From contig JBHLNF010000002.1 of the NCBI GenBank assembly GCA_048937405.1, positions 32,001 to 96,000 on the forward strand: a stretch of DNA of 64,000 nucleotides, given 5' to 3'. The first letter of the stretch is position 1. Each line of letters begins with the position of its first letter. This DNA comes from Promethearchaeota archaeon. Lineage in GTDB: Archaea; Asgardarchaeota; Lokiarchaeia; Sigyniarchaeales; SOKP01. The position numbers and the translations under genes were made by a program. The notes under the pieces are model-generated. The model had not been told where the DNA came from. It ran no database searches and saw only the letters and a list, made by a program, of their open reading frames with translations. Shown here piece by piece: positions 1 to 10,598 of this stretch.

Positions 1-156
1 ATAAGATGAACTCTTTATATCTTTATTAAAGAATGCTTGTCGCCGTGCATAATTCCCTAAGTTCCAAACGGCACTAGATCTTACCAACATTTTGTTAAGA
101 ATCTTCCTCTGTTGTGTGGAAGGGTTCAGTTCTAATATGTTGGTACGAAGTATCAT
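1..156 (-). CDS. tnpB: TnpB (IS200/IS605 OrfB) N-terminus; runs off the window start
   Basis: Not in the ORF track. Manual translation from ATG at 156 gives MILRTNILELNPSTQQRKILNKMLVRSSAVWNLGNYARRQAFFNKDIKSSSY, a typical TnpB N-terminus (WNxxNYxRRQxFF), and the frame is open to base 1. Confidence 0.85.
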   Translation of the reverse strand, partial: MILRTNILELNPSTQQRKILNKMLVRSSAVWNLGNYARRQAFFNKDIKSSSY

Positions 157-267
157 AAATAGTATATTATTTTACCTATTTTAAAAGATACACTAGAATG
201 ATTTAATGATGTTCGCAGCAAAATTCATCCCATCCCTAAAGGGAAAGATTTTCTTCTACATTTATTT
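1..267 (-). mobile_element. Left end of an IS200/IS605-family (IS1341-like) element
   Basis: The minus strand reads TTAC|AAATAAATGTAGAAGAAAATCTTTCCCTTTAGGGATGGGATGAATT. This is a TTAC tetranucleotide (268-271) followed by a subterminal CCC-TTTA-GGG hairpin (~221-252), the layout of IS608-type left ends, directly upstream of tnpB. Confidence 0.7.
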
Positions 268-537
268 GTAAAAAAATTTTCAGGAAAGTTCTAATCTTAT
301 ATGAAAAACTTCCACTTTAATCACAATTCCTTATATTTGAGAATGTATATCAAAAAAATTCCTGTCAAAATAAACCTTTATAACTTCTAATCTCCTTCCC
401 CCTTACAGAGACGCAATTGGAGAATATATGTAATTTTTAATATTAATATTAAAAAATTGAAATTGAAAACTAACTTAAACTAAAATATTATGAGTCTTAT
501 TAATTCTAATGAGTATTTAATTCATTTCATATTCATT

Positions 538-762
538 TTAAATAGCCATAAGTTTTTCTCTATAATCAAAGACAATTTTGGAGATTTGTCCTAAATATTC
601 TATTGGACTCATGGACTTCCCACATTTACTACATTTAAAATCAACCATCCCCTCAATTGAAATTAGTGTTCCATCCTCACAATATGCACATTGATCAAAA
701 GACCATCTGTCTATAATTTTTATAATATCTTCGATAAATTTTTCTTGACTTATAGTAGTCAT
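538..762 (-). CDS. Small zinc-ribbon hypothetical protein
   Basis: 74 aa with CAYC...CSKC motif. Confidence 0.6.
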   Translation of the reverse strand: MTTISQEKFIEDIIKIIDRWSFDQCAYCEDGTLISIEGMVDFKCSKCGKSMSPIEYLGQISKIVFDYREKLMAI

Positions 763-843
763 AATACTATTTTAGTTTGTTTAATTAGGTTTTTTTTTTA
801 GTTTTAAAATGAATATGTTTTATAATTAAATACATGATTATTC

Positions 844-1950
844 TTACTTTTTAAATACTTTAGGGATAAAACTCTCTATTAACAAACGATCTAATAAGAC
901 ATTTGCTGTCATTGCTTCTACAACCGGAACAATTCTTGGCACAATACAAGGATCATGACGACCAGAATATTCAATTTCTACGTTTTCCATAGACTTAATA
1001 TTTACTGTTTTTTGAGAAAGACCTATAGAAGCAGTAGGTTTAATTGCTACTGTAAATTCGATTGGCATCCCCGTAGAAATTCCCCCTATTATCCCTCCTG
1101 CGTCATTTTTCGTTGTCTGGACTATTGAATTCTTCACAATCCAAGGATCATTATGTTCTGAACCTTTCATTTTGGATGAATTAAAACCAGCTCCAAATTC
1201 TATTCCTTTTATTGCAGGGATCGCAAACATAGCATGACTTATATTTGATTCGATACTATTAAAAATCGGTCCTCCTTTTCCCTCTGGAAAATTCGATACT
1301 ATGCATTTTACCGTCCCTCCAATTGAATCTTTTTGATTTTTAACTCCTTTAATTAATTTCTCCATGGTTTGTGATTTATTAGAATTTATTGCCCTTACGG
1401 GAGATTTTTCTCTTAATTCTCTTAATTTATCTAATTCTTTAATTGAAGGGTTATCTTCATCAAAAACATTTCCAATACTTTTTGTATAAGCAAATATTTG
1501 AATATTATATTTTTTTAATATTTGCTTTGCTATTGCACCAGCCATAACAAATCCTGCTGTTATTCTCCCAGAAAACCTTCCTGATCCTCTATAATCAGAA
1601 AAACCGCCATATTTTTTTAAAGTCGGGTAATCTATATGGGAAGGTCGTAAGAAATTTTTATATTTTTCATACTTTGATGAATCAATATCTTTATTCTCAA
1701 TGATTAAGCAAATCGGCGCACCTGTTGTTTTATTATTGAAGATACCAGATAACGCTTTAACTTGATCTTCTTCTGTACGAGGAGTTGTTATAGATGATTG
1801 ACCTGGTTTTCTTCTGTTAAGTTCCTCTTGGATAAATTCTAGATCAAAATCTAATCCTGCAGGTACACCATCTAATATAATTCCAACTATACTTCCATGG
1901 CTTTCTCCAAATGAAGTTATCTTATAGATTGTACCAAATGAATTATCCAT
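844..1950 (-). CDS. aroC: Chorismate synthase
   Basis: SFGESHG, RPSHID, GRFSGR and GRHDPC motifs. Confidence 0.97.
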   Translation of the reverse strand: MDNSFGTIYKITSFGESHGSIVGIILDGVPAGLDFDLEFIQEELNRRKPGQSSITTPRTEEDQVKALSGIFNNKTTGAPICLIIENKDIDSSKYEKYKNFLRPSHIDYPTLKKYGGFSDYRGSGRFSGRITAGFVMAGAIAKQILKKYNIQIFAYTKSIGNVFDEDNPSIKELDKLRELREKSPVRAINSNKSQTMEKLIKGVKNQKDSIGGTVKCIVSNFPEGKGGPIFNSIESNISHAMFAIPAIKGIEFGAGFNSSKMKGSEHNDPWIVKNSIVQTTKNDAGGIIGGISTGMPIEFTVAIKPTASIGLSQKTVNIKSMENVEIEYSGRHDPCIVPRIVPVVEAMTANVLLDRLLIESFIPKVFKK

Positions 1951-2037
1951 TTATATCAAGGTCATTGAGGTTATATATACTAATATTACAAAAGTATTTA
2001 ATTAATATTATATCCATAAGTATCTTTTTATTATTTA

Positions 2038-3354
2038 ATGAATCTTAAAATAAATCCACTAACAAATAGTTTAAATGGTGAAATCATAGCACAACCATCT
2101 AAAAGTTATTCCCATAGAGCTTTTATCGCAGCTAGTCTTGCAGAGGGTATTTCTATAATCAAAAATCCTTTAACAAGTGGAGATGTTAAAATTACAATGA
2201 ATGTATTAAGATCTCTTGGTGTAAAAATCCTAGAAAAAAATGATAATATATATATTATTAAAGCTAGTAAAGATTCTTTCAAATCTTATAAAAAAGCTCT
2301 GGATTGCAAAAACTCGGGAACAACCATAAGAATATTAAGCGCATTAAGTTTATTATTTGAAGGTGGACTTACTCTAAAGGGAGAATTTTTCACACTTAAT
2401 CGACCAATTCTTCCTTTCCTCGAAGCAATCAATAGTATTGGAGCTGTTTTTAAACTGTCAAATAATAAATTGAAAATTAAAAGAAAAAAAGCAATGTGTA
2501 ATAAAATTAAAATTCCTGGTGATGTAAGTTCACAATTTATCAGTGCTTTGTTATTTTTGTGTCCTAAATTAAAATGCGTTAATACAGACTATATAGAAAT
2601 CGAAATTACAACACCATTAGTCTCTAAGCCTTTTATTTATATAACTTTAGATGTTTTGGAAGCATTTGGAATTAATATCCAGTCTAATTTTGAAATTGGT
2701 AGATTCATTATAACAAATGATCAAACTTATCGCTCTCAATCATATTCGATACCAGGTGACTTTTCTTCCGCAGCATTTATTTTAGCATTAGGAGTGCTAT
2801 CTAAAAAACCTTCTTCTATAATTATCAACAATTTAAGTATACACAATTCCCAAGGAGATAAAAAAATTATTGAAATTTTACAAAAGATGGGAGCTAATAT
2901 AAAAATTGAAGAAGAGGGAGATCGAGTTTTAATATCTGGAGACATAAATAAATATTCTCTCGAAGGAATTGAAATTGATTGCAAAGATGTACCTGATTTA
3001 TTTCCAATATTAGCAGTTATTGGAGCTTTTGCAGAAGGAAAAACTATACTTTTCAATGCTTCTCACTTACGCTTAAAAGAAAGTGACAGAATTTCTGTTA
3101 TGACTCGAGAATTAAAAAAGATGGGCGTGAAAGTTATTGAAGAAGATGATAGACTGACTATATTTCATTGTGATAAGCTGAAAGGGATAAAAATAGATCA
3201 TAATAATGATCATAGAATTGCTATGGCCTGTAGCGTAGCAGCTCTATTTGCAGAATCAGAGTCACAAATTTACAATAGTGAAATTGTTCAAGATTCATAT
3301 CCCTCTTTTTTTGAGGATCTAATAAAGTTAGGTGTTCAGATAGAATCTTTTTAA
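2038..3354 (+). CDS. aroA: 3-phosphoshikimate 1-carboxyvinyltransferase (EPSP synthase)
   Basis: SKSYSHRA, NSGTT, SSQFIS, KESDR and DHRIAM motifs. Confidence 0.96.
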   Translation: MNLKINPLTNSLNGEIIAQPSKSYSHRAFIAASLAEGISIIKNPLTSGDVKITMNVLRSLGVKILEKNDNIYIIKASKDSFKSYKKALDCKNSGTTIRILSALSLLFEGGLTLKGEFFTLNRPILPFLEAINSIGAVFKLSNNKLKIKRKKAMCNKIKIPGDVSSQFISALLFLCPKLKCVNTDYIEIEITTPLVSKPFIYITLDVLEAFGINIQSNFEIGRFIITNDQTYRSQSYSIPGDFSSAAFILALGVLSKKPSSIIINNLSIHNSQGDKKIIEILQKMGANIKIEEEGDRVLISGDINKYSLEGIEIDCKDVPDLFPILAVIGAFAEGKTILFNASHLRLKESDRISVMTRELKKMGVKVIEEDDRLTIFHCDKLKGIKIDHNNDHRIAMACSVAALFAESESQIYNSEIVQDSYPSFFEDLIKLGVQIESF

Positions 3355-3366
3355 TATCTTAATTAA

Positions 3367-3777
3367 CTATCTGAATGACTTTTGACGCCGAGATCTTGCT
3401 TTCTTCCCGCCAAATTTCTTAGGCTCTGTGCGTCTTGAATCACCACTTAGAAGAGAATCATCATATTCTCTAAAACTTCTTTCAATAGTCTTTGTTCCGA
3501 TAAATTTATTTATGGATTTTGCAATAGCCATACGGACAGCATCAGTTCTACCCATTATACCACCACCTTTGACCCTTACATTGATATCACATTTCTCAAT
3601 TTTTGGATGATTGATTATCTCAAGTACTTCTTGAATCCTTAATCGAGCAATTTCAGGTTCATATAATTTTAGAGGTATATTATTAATTTTTATTTGGCCT
3701 TTAGCTGGATGTCTCAATACAGCCCTCGCAATTGCGGTTTTTCTTTTTCCTGAAGCTTGAATTATTTTTATTGACAT
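3367..3777 (-). CDS. rps9: 30S ribosomal protein uS9
   Basis: GKRKTAIARA, GGG and RRTEPKKFGG..RSRRQKSFR motifs. Confidence 0.97.
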   Translation of the reverse strand: MSIKIIQASGKRKTAIARAVLRHPAKGQIKINNIPLKLYEPEIARLRIQEVLEIINHPKIEKCDINVRVKGGGIMGRTDAVRMAIAKSINKFIGTKTIERSFREYDDSLLSGDSRRTEPKKFGGKKARSRRQKSFR

Positions 3778-3779
3778 TA

Positions 3780-4271
3780 CTATGCCTCAATCTCCGTTTT
3801 TTTCCAACCTATGCGTTGGCATAAATTTTCTAAGGTAATAAACTTGTTATAATATGAAAGTCGTTTTTTACCTACATTAATTATATCATTTGGGTTTAGA
3901 ATTTGATACTTATTTTTAAATCGTTCTGGGATATTAGATATATAGATTTGCACTCTTTTAATTGCTTCCTTACCACGTAATTTCTTTCGTGGTAACATTT
4001 GTTTCACTACTCTTCTCATAAAAGTATCTGGTCTCCTTTCATGAAATGGCCCTCTTCGGGGATTAGTTGCAGTTGAAATTTTTAACCTTGCCAAGTACTT
4101 TTCATGAATATTTTTTTTCGATCCACTAATAATTGCATTTTTCGCATTAATTATTACAATGTTTTCACCTAATAATGCTTTCTTAGCAATTATAGAGCAA
4201 AATCTTCCTAAAATTTGATCAGTTGCATCATATAACTGATATTCAATAACCATATAAAGTTCACTACTCAT
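3780..4271 (-). CDS. rpl13: 50S ribosomal protein uL13
   Basis: DA..ILGR..S.IAK..L.G and GPFH.R.P motifs; position in operon. Confidence 0.95.
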   Translation of the reverse strand: MSSELYMVIEYQLYDATDQILGRFCSIIAKKALLGENIVIINAKNAIISGSKKNIHEKYLARLKISTATNPRRGPFHERRPDTFMRRVVKQMLPRKKLRGKEAIKRVQIYISNIPERFKNKYQILNPNDIINVGKKRLSYYNKFITLENLCQRIGWKKTEIEA

Positions 4272-4286
4272 AAGAATATAATAATT

Positions 4287-4643
4287 TTAATAAAAAACCT
4301 TTACCCCACTACCCTTAGGGTTCTGTTCTAATAATTCTTCAATTGTTAATAGTTTACTACCTGATGTTTCAATTTTCTTTTTAGCAGATTTTGAATAATC
4401 TAAGCATGCAATTGTTAGAGCATGATCCAATTCTCCCATTCCTAAAACCTTTCCGGGAATAACAATTACATCATGTTTTTTTGTCTTTTTGTTAATACGA
4501 TATAAATTAGCCTTAACTCTATTTCTTCTTGGTCCACTTAATTTTTTTGAAACTTTTTTCCAAATTCTTATCTTTGTCTTCCATAAGTTTCTTATCAATT
4601 TTCTGATATAATAGTTATTTGGACCAGTAATTTTATGAGACAT
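4287..4643 (-). CDS. rpl18e: 50S ribosomal protein eL18
   Basis: PGKVLG.G and NPKGSGV motifs; operon context. Confidence 0.95.
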   Translation of the reverse strand: MSHKITGPNNYYIRKLIRNLWKTKIRIWKKVSKKLSGPRRNRVKANLYRINKKTKKHDVIVIPGKVLGMGELDHALTIACLDYSKSAKKKIETSGSKLLTIEELLEQNPKGSGVKVFY

Positions 4644-4706
4644 GACTTATAACCACCAGTGAACTGATATCTGAAATTTATAATATTTTAATAATTTTTT
4701 GATAAT

Positions 4707-5549
4707 TCATGATTCTATCTCAATTTCTTCTAGATTTTCAATGAATTCCTCTATTTTCTCTAAGAAAATTTCAAATGTTTTCTTTATAATAACATCAAAA
4801 GGTAGAACTCCATCACTTTCAATTAAGAAGAGATAAGCATTTTCTTTCCATTCTACTTTTATAGCCTTCTCCAGACAACTATTCTCGCATGAATTACATA
4901 GTGTACATGTTTTCCAATAATCTTCTATTAAAACTGGAGTTTTTTTATTCGAAAAATCATATAATTGTTCAGGACACATTCGTGATACTAAACACTTATC
5001 TGGACATTTAGCACATTTAGTACTATCAAATTCAATTTGTGGATAAAATCTATAGAAAATATTTGAAACTGCTTGATGTTTTACGTGATCCTTTCCTAAA
5101 CCTAATGCAGCGTAAGCTTCAATTATCACTTTATCATTCTTATCAATTTTAACTAATGGAATATTAGGATTAACAGGAACTATTTTTGGATCATTAGAAT
5201 TCAAATTAGCAGAATAAATCTCCATCGGGGTATTTGATGTATTAGTTACTTCACATGTTAGAGAAACTTGGCAGAGTGGACATCCGTAACCTCCACATTC
5301 ACAATCTCGGGGAAGCTTATAAACATCTAAATCAGTTTTTAAAGGGATTAAACCCAGACGATGAGCAATAATTTCATCATACAATGGGCTATCGTTTTTA
5401 AGAATAATAACCTCATCTACAGCCATAACAGGGATTTCAGAAATAATAATTCTACGAATTGCATTTGCCATTTCAATAGATATACCTTCTACCACAAAAA
5501 CAAGTTTTCTATCGTTTTTTTCAAGAACTTCGAGACTCATAACTTTCAA
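4707..5549 (-). CDS. rpoD: DNA-directed RNA polymerase subunit Rpo3 (D)
   Basis: ANAIRR, EIIAHRLGLIPL, G.GKDH.K and IESDG motifs; ferredoxin-like Cys insert. Confidence 0.96.
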   Translation of the reverse strand: MKVMSLEVLEKNDRKLVFVVEGISIEMANAIRRIIISEIPVMAVDEVIILKNDSPLYDEIIAHRLGLIPLKTDLDVYKLPRDCECGGYGCPLCQVSLTCEVTNTSNTPMEIYSANLNSNDPKIVPVNPNIPLVKIDKNDKVIIEAYAALGLGKDHVKHQAVSNIFYRFYPQIEFDSTKCAKCPDKCLVSRMCPEQLYDFSNKKTPVLIEDYWKTCTLCNSCENSCLEKAIKVEWKENAYLFLIESDGVLPFDVIIKKTFEIFLEKIEEFIENLEEIEIES

Positions 5550-5630
5550 TAATTCAAATTATAATATGTTTAAAATGAATTGTATAAGATAAGTTTTATT
5601 ATTGTTAATAAAAAATAGGAGGAAATGCTA

Positions 5631-6959
5631 TTAATAAAACTTCAAATATTCATAAGCTTTATTTTCAGATTGAAAACAGAATTTAATTTCTTGAAAACCT
5701 TTTCTAAACTCTGCTACTTCATTTTTTACTTTTATTGGTTCTTTTCTGTCTATGATCAACTTTTTGAAGAACTCTGCAATATCTATCATTTCTTGTTTAC
5801 CCATTCCCAATCGAGTAATTTCAGAGGTTCCTATTCTCAAACCTCCCGGATTTTGATAATGCCTGCCCTGCGCAATATCATAAGGCAAAAGATTACGATT
5901 TAAAATAATGTTTGCTTTTTCTAATAACTTCTCAATATCCCCACCTAAACCTATAGTTTTCTCAAAATCAGTAATATCGACTACTATTTGATGAGATTCT
6001 GTGAAACCTTTATGTTCCATTAAAACATTAAACCCTAGATCATGCAAAGCTTGTCCAAGTGCTTTTGCATTTTCAATCACTTTTTTATGGTATTCTCTTC
6101 CAAATTCTAACATTTCTGCTAAAGCTACTGCTAATCCCGCCACTGCTGCTAAGTGGTGGTTAGATAATAAGGCAGGAAAAGCACATGATCTCAACTTTTC
6201 AATTAAATCTTCTCTATTTGAGATTACAGTACCATGTTGAGGGCCTGGAAGAGTTTTATGGGTACTCATAGTCATAACATCCGCACCTTCTCTCAAAGGA
6301 TCTTGGAAGTATCCGGATCCAATTAAACCAGCTACATGTGCTCCATCATACCCAACATTTGCACCAACTTCTTTTGCTACGTCACTAAGTTCCTTTACTG
6401 GGTGTGGAAATAAAAATACTGAACCACCAAATAGAACTAATTCTGGCTCAAATTCTCTAATAATTTTAGCAGATGCGTCAATATCAAGATTCATTTCATC
6501 ATTATCAAATGCTAAATACTCCACATTTATTCCTCTTGTTGTTCCAGCTGTTCCAAAAATTTCATTTCCACTTTTAGCAAAACGAGGACCATGTGAAATA
6601 TGACCTCCCCGAACAATAGCCATACAACACATCTTACCATTATTATCTGAAGTAAATGCATTATACATAACTAAATTCGCTACAACTCCCGATACTGGTC
6701 TAACATCAGCATGAATACACCTAAAATATTCTTTTGTGAGATCCATACAAATATCTTCAATTTGGTCTATATATTTGCATCCCGCATAAACTCTTTGTCC
6801 GCTCCATCCTTCTGCATATCGATGCGAAAAATCACTAGTACATGCTTCATCAACAGCAGGACTAGTGATGTTTTCAGAAGCAATTAGAGGTATGCATTTT
6901 TGGAATAAACCATGATGTTCCATTAGAAGATTTCTAATCTCTTCAAGTTTCTCTCTCAA
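5631..6959 (-). CDS. glyA: Serine hydroxymethyltransferase
   Basis: LIASEN, YAEG, GGHISH, STHKTLPGP and GLRIGT motifs; TTG start. Confidence 0.96.
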   Translation of the reverse strand: MREKLEEIRNLLMEHHGLFQKCIPLIASENITSPAVDEACTSDFSHRYAEGWSGQRVYAGCKYIDQIEDICMDLTKEYFRCIHADVRPVSGVVANLVMYNAFTSDNNGKMCCMAIVRGGHISHGPRFAKSGNEIFGTAGTTRGINVEYLAFDNDEMNLDIDASAKIIREFEPELVLFGGSVFLFPHPVKELSDVAKEVGANVGYDGAHVAGLIGSGYFQDPLREGADVMTMSTHKTLPGPQHGTVISNREDLIEKLRSCAFPALLSNHHLAAVAGLAVALAEMLEFGREYHKKVIENAKALGQALHDLGFNVLMEHKGFTESHQIVVDITDFEKTIGLGGDIEKLLEKANIILNRNLLPYDIAQGRHYQNPGGLRIGTSEITRLGMGKQEMIDIAEFFKKLIIDRKEPIKVKNEVAEFRKGFQEIKFCFQSENKAYEYLKFY

Positions 6960-7165
6960 TTTTCATCATATCTTTTTATTCTAATTTAAAGAACAATAAA
7001 AAAATAAAAATAACAATTTTTTTAAATCTTATGTGAAAAAAATAAATCTCTAAAAGATAAATAGAATCTTCTTTTAGTATTTTTTATAGTACTAATATCT
7101 CTTTTAATATTTTAAAAATATATTTCAAAATCAATTTAAATTAATAAATATCACTATTAAAAAGG

Positions 7166-7675
7166 CTATTTTATATCGTTTAGAATGGATTTAATGAATT
7201 CTTTAGGCATTAGTGATTTTTGAGCAATTTCTTCAATAGTATTTCCTTCGACATGAAGTCTAACTACAACCTTTGACATAGATTCAGCAATTTCAATTAT
7301 ATGATCATCTGGGTCATAAATTCTAAACGCTCTCTGACCCCACGGATGTTCTATAATAGGATGTATAATTTGAATTTCCTGTTTTTTTAATTCTTCGAAA
7401 ATTATCTCAATTTCAGCACATTCAAAGTATAACTCAGAGTGATTCACCCCAACTTTAATGTTTTTCGCATCCTCAGAAAATATTGTATTCAACGCATAGT
7501 TTTTTTCCCAAATAGCGAAACCACCCTCAAAACCTACATTTCGGCCAAAATCCATTGTAATTTTTTGACCAAGAATTTTATTATAAAAGTATTTTGAACT
7601 CTTAATATCATTCACAAAAAATACAGAACTTTCAAATTTTAAAATTGGTTTTTTATTTTTAACTTGTGTTGACAT
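7166..7675 (-). CDS. VOC/glyoxalase family protein
   Basis: V.DI..S..FY...LG, ELYFE and HPWGQR.FR.YDPD.HIIE motifs. Confidence 0.85.
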   Translation of the reverse strand: MSTQVKNKKPILKFESSVFFVNDIKSSKYFYNKILGQKITMDFGRNVGFEGGFAIWEKNYALNTIFSEDAKNIKVGVNHSELYFECAEIEIIFEELKKQEIQIIHPIIEHPWGQRAFRIYDPDDHIIEIAESMSKVVVRLHVEGNTIEEIAQKSLMPKEFIKSILNDIK

Positions 7676-7774
7676 TTTCCCAATATGAATATAGTTTTAA
7701 TACATACTATATTTTGTATGGATAAAAAATATTAATACAGTAACTAATTTCTAGATTTTTATTTATGCGAAAAT

Positions 7775-8683
7775 TTATTCCTTGGATTTTTCTAGAATCA
7801 ACCGTGCTTCAAATAGATTTAATTTTTTTCCTGCTTTTTGTTTTTCTAGGGCTGTAGCTAATTTATCTTGTTTAATTTTTTCAAGCATTTCATCTTTTTT
7901 ATTTACTCGATAATATTTCATTGCTGGTTTTTTACTAGATTTGGGAGTTTTCTTCCCTTTATAGGTGTTTTTTCTTTGATTCATTAACTTTAGATATTGT
8001 TCATGGAATTTATCAGCCGTTTTTTTATTATTTATTAGTTCCTCTTCTAGTTTTCTCTTATCTTCTTTCAATTTATCTACATTCTGAAATTCTTGAAGCA
8101 TTTTTGAATGATTATCTTGTGATTTTTCTGACCATTTATTCAATTGTTCATAGATTTTATTGAGATTAATTTTAACAATTTCAATTTTTCTTTCAATTAT
8201 AAATAATTCATTGCTGTTTTGTTCTGATAGATATTCCTGTTTCATTGCTGCCAATTCTCTTATTTTATCAATTATAGTGTTTTCTTCGTTAATATCCAGT
8301 TTTTCAGTTTCTATTCTTCTCTCTAAATTCTCTATCTTATGTTCAATTTGTTTTATCGAAAGGATTTGTTTGTTTTTATTATCCTCTTTTTGGAGATTTT
8401 TTTTTTCTTCTATTAAATCCTCTAAAAGAGTTTTATATTCAATTTTTTTTTCTTTTAATTTTTTAACCTTATTATTCCAGAAATCTCTTTTCTTTTTATA
8501 ATGATCTTTCGCGATTTTTAGAGATTTAGCAATTTCATTATCAATTTCTTGAAGACCGTTGATGTAATCTTTTGTTTTTTTATTTAGTCCATCCCTCTTT
8601 TGGCGCAAATCTTCAATTTTTGATTGAAGGCTTCCAAAGGTAGTTTGCGATGATCGAGTTTCTTGGGGTTTCTCTTTACTCAT
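7775..8683 (-). CDS. Archaeal long coiled-coil protein (COG1340-like)
   Basis: Continuous heptad K/E-rich sequence; C-terminal ALEK.KAGKKL...E..L motif. Confidence 0.7.
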   Translation of the reverse strand: MSKEKPQETRSSQTTFGSLQSKIEDLRQKRDGLNKKTKDYINGLQEIDNEIAKSLKIAKDHYKKKRDFWNNKVKKLKEKKIEYKTLLEDLIEEKKNLQKEDNKNKQILSIKQIEHKIENLERRIETEKLDINEENTIIDKIRELAAMKQEYLSEQNSNELFIIERKIEIVKINLNKIYEQLNKWSEKSQDNHSKMLQEFQNVDKLKEDKRKLEEELINNKKTADKFHEQYLKLMNQRKNTYKGKKTPKSSKKPAMKYYRVNKKDEMLEKIKQDKLATALEKQKAGKKLNLFEARLILEKSKE

Positions 8684-8853
8684 AAATTAATTCATAAAAG
8701 AGTATTTATAAAAAGCGTTTTTATAAGTTTAATATATTTGTGAGTTGTAGATTTTTTATATATTTTGTGTAAATAAATTAATAATAATAATAAGCTTTCT
8801 TAATAAAAATTAAAGATTTTATACTTTAGAAATTAAAAAAGATAATATTTAAA

Positions 8854-9720
8854 ATGAGCTCTGATATTATTAAAGAGAATGACTTAATCTTTTTGGTTCT
8901 TGATGAAAAAAGAAGATGGTTAGTTCAAGCGAAATCTGGAAATGATTTTCATACACATAAAGGAATTATTGAATTTGATGATATAATTGGTAAAAATTAT
9001 GGTTCAGTAATATTTTCAAAACCTCTTGAAACTCAAGGGTATAAATTTTATATACTAAAACCATTACCCTCTGATTATATTCTTCATATGACAAGGAAGA
9101 CTCAAATTATATATCCAGAAGATGCAGGATTAATCTTACTTTATACTGGAATTGGACCAGGAAGTACGGTTATTGAAGCAGGATGTGGATCAGGGGCTCT
9201 AAGTTGTATTTTAGGAAATTTTATTCGTCCAAATGGACATGTATATTCATATGATGTTAGTGAAAAATCAATTAAAAGAGCAAAGTTAAATTTGAAGAGA
9301 GCCAACTTAGATAGTGTTGTTTCAATTCAATCTGGAGATATTATAAATGATGATTTTCACTTAAAAGATATTGATGCTGTAGTTTTAGACATGCCTACTC
9401 CTTGGAACGCTATTGAAAAAGCATTAAGTTATTTGAAATTAAGTGGTACGATTGCTTCTTTTTCACCTACTATTGAACAAATTAAAAAAACAGTTTCAAT
9501 AATGAAGGAAAAAAAAATGGTTGAGATTAATACCTATGAACTCATAAAAAGAAGAATTCAAGTAAAAGAAAACGCCACTCGACCAGAAGTAAGAATGATT
9601 GGGCATACTGGCTATTTAACATTTGGAAGAAAAATCAATAATATTGAAAATCCTTATCGAGAAAGGAAACCTAAAGTAAATGAATATATTGATCTTACTG
9701 ATATGCCTTTAAGAGAATAG
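8854..9720 (+). CDS. trmI: tRNA (adenine57/58-N1)-methyltransferase
   Basis: THKG, TQIIYP.D, EAGCGSGAL, LDMP.PW and HTGYL motifs. Confidence 0.93.
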   Translation: MSSDIIKENDLIFLVLDEKRRWLVQAKSGNDFHTHKGIIEFDDIIGKNYGSVIFSKPLETQGYKFYILKPLPSDYILHMTRKTQIIYPEDAGLILLYTGIGPGSTVIEAGCGSGALSCILGNFIRPNGHVYSYDVSEKSIKRAKLNLKRANLDSVVSIQSGDIINDDFHLKDIDAVVLDMPTPWNAIEKALSYLKLSGTIASFSPTIEQIKKTVSIMKEKKMVEINTYELIKRRIQVKENATRPEVRMIGHTGYLTFGRKINNIENPYRERKPKVNEYIDLTDMPLRE

Positions 9721-9727
9721 AATTATT

Positions 9728-10060
9728 ATGGAAGTGAATTATGAAGATTTTTTAAAGCTAGATATACGTGTTGGATTAGTAAAAAGTTGTCAAAAAATCC
9801 CTAAATCAAAAAATCTCTATAAGTTAATGGTAGATTGTGGACAGAAAAGCTTAAGGCAAATCGTGACAGGTATTGCGAAATTTTATTCTCCAGAGGATTT
9901 GATTAATGAGAAGATTATTGTACTTATAAATTTAAAATCAAGAAAATTCATGGGTATTGAAAGTCAAGGGATGCTTCTTGCAGCCGATCTCAATAATGAA
10001 CCTTTTTTGTTAAAAATTGATGAACGAAAACCTGTTCCTCCAGGATCTAAAATAAGGTGA
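9728..10060 (+). CDS. tRNA-binding OB-fold protein (Trbp111/MetRS C-domain-like)
   Basis: DF.KLDIRVG, RQIV.GI, NLK.RK.MG.ESQGM.LAA motifs. Confidence 0.9.
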   Translation: MEVNYEDFLKLDIRVGLVKSCQKIPKSKNLYKLMVDCGQKSLRQIVTGIAKFYSPEDLINEKIIVLINLKSRKFMGIESQGMLLAADLNNEPFLLKIDERKPVPPGSKIR

Positions 10061-10483
10061 TTAAAATCCTTTCAATTGAGCACCAGTTCTAAATTCCTTC
10101 TTTTTTTTAAATCGTTCAGTCTTAAAAAAATGTTTTTTCTTTTCAGGTAAAATCTCTACATATTTTCTTAGAATATCTTCAATATATTCTTTCGTATACT
10201 TATTACTTGTAATATTATTTGGTTCTGATAAATATTTTAATATTTCTTTATTTTTTGCATCATAAGAAAGACCGAGATTTTTTAACGGAATATGAACAGA
10301 ATGTTGAAACCATCCTGAGGATTTCTCGTCATGAGCAATTATTTTCAATATATTAACTTCTTCTTTTTTAATTTTAAAATCAAGAAGTCTTTTACCAGGT
10401 CTAATGATTATACTTATGTATTCTGGGATTTTATTCTTAGGATCGTGTATTTTCTTGTAAAATTCCTCTAACCTTTTACTCAT
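10061..10483 (-). CDS. Hypothetical basic protein
   Basis: 140-aa ORF filling the gap; no motif recognised. Confidence 0.55.
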   Translation of the reverse strand: MSKRLEEFYKKIHDPKNKIPEYISIIIRPGKRLLDFKIKKEEVNILKIIAHDEKSSGWFQHSVHIPLKNLGLSYDAKNKEILKYLSEPNNITSNKYTKEYIEDILRKYVEILPEKKKHFFKTERFKKKKEFRTGAQLKGF

Positions 10484-10598
10484 GATTTATTTAAATAGTC
10501 AATATATTTGAAAACTAGATAGTTAAATTAAAATTCATAAATAAATTTATTATTTAATAGTATTAGCTTTTTTTCTAAATCATTTAGAAGACAGCAAA

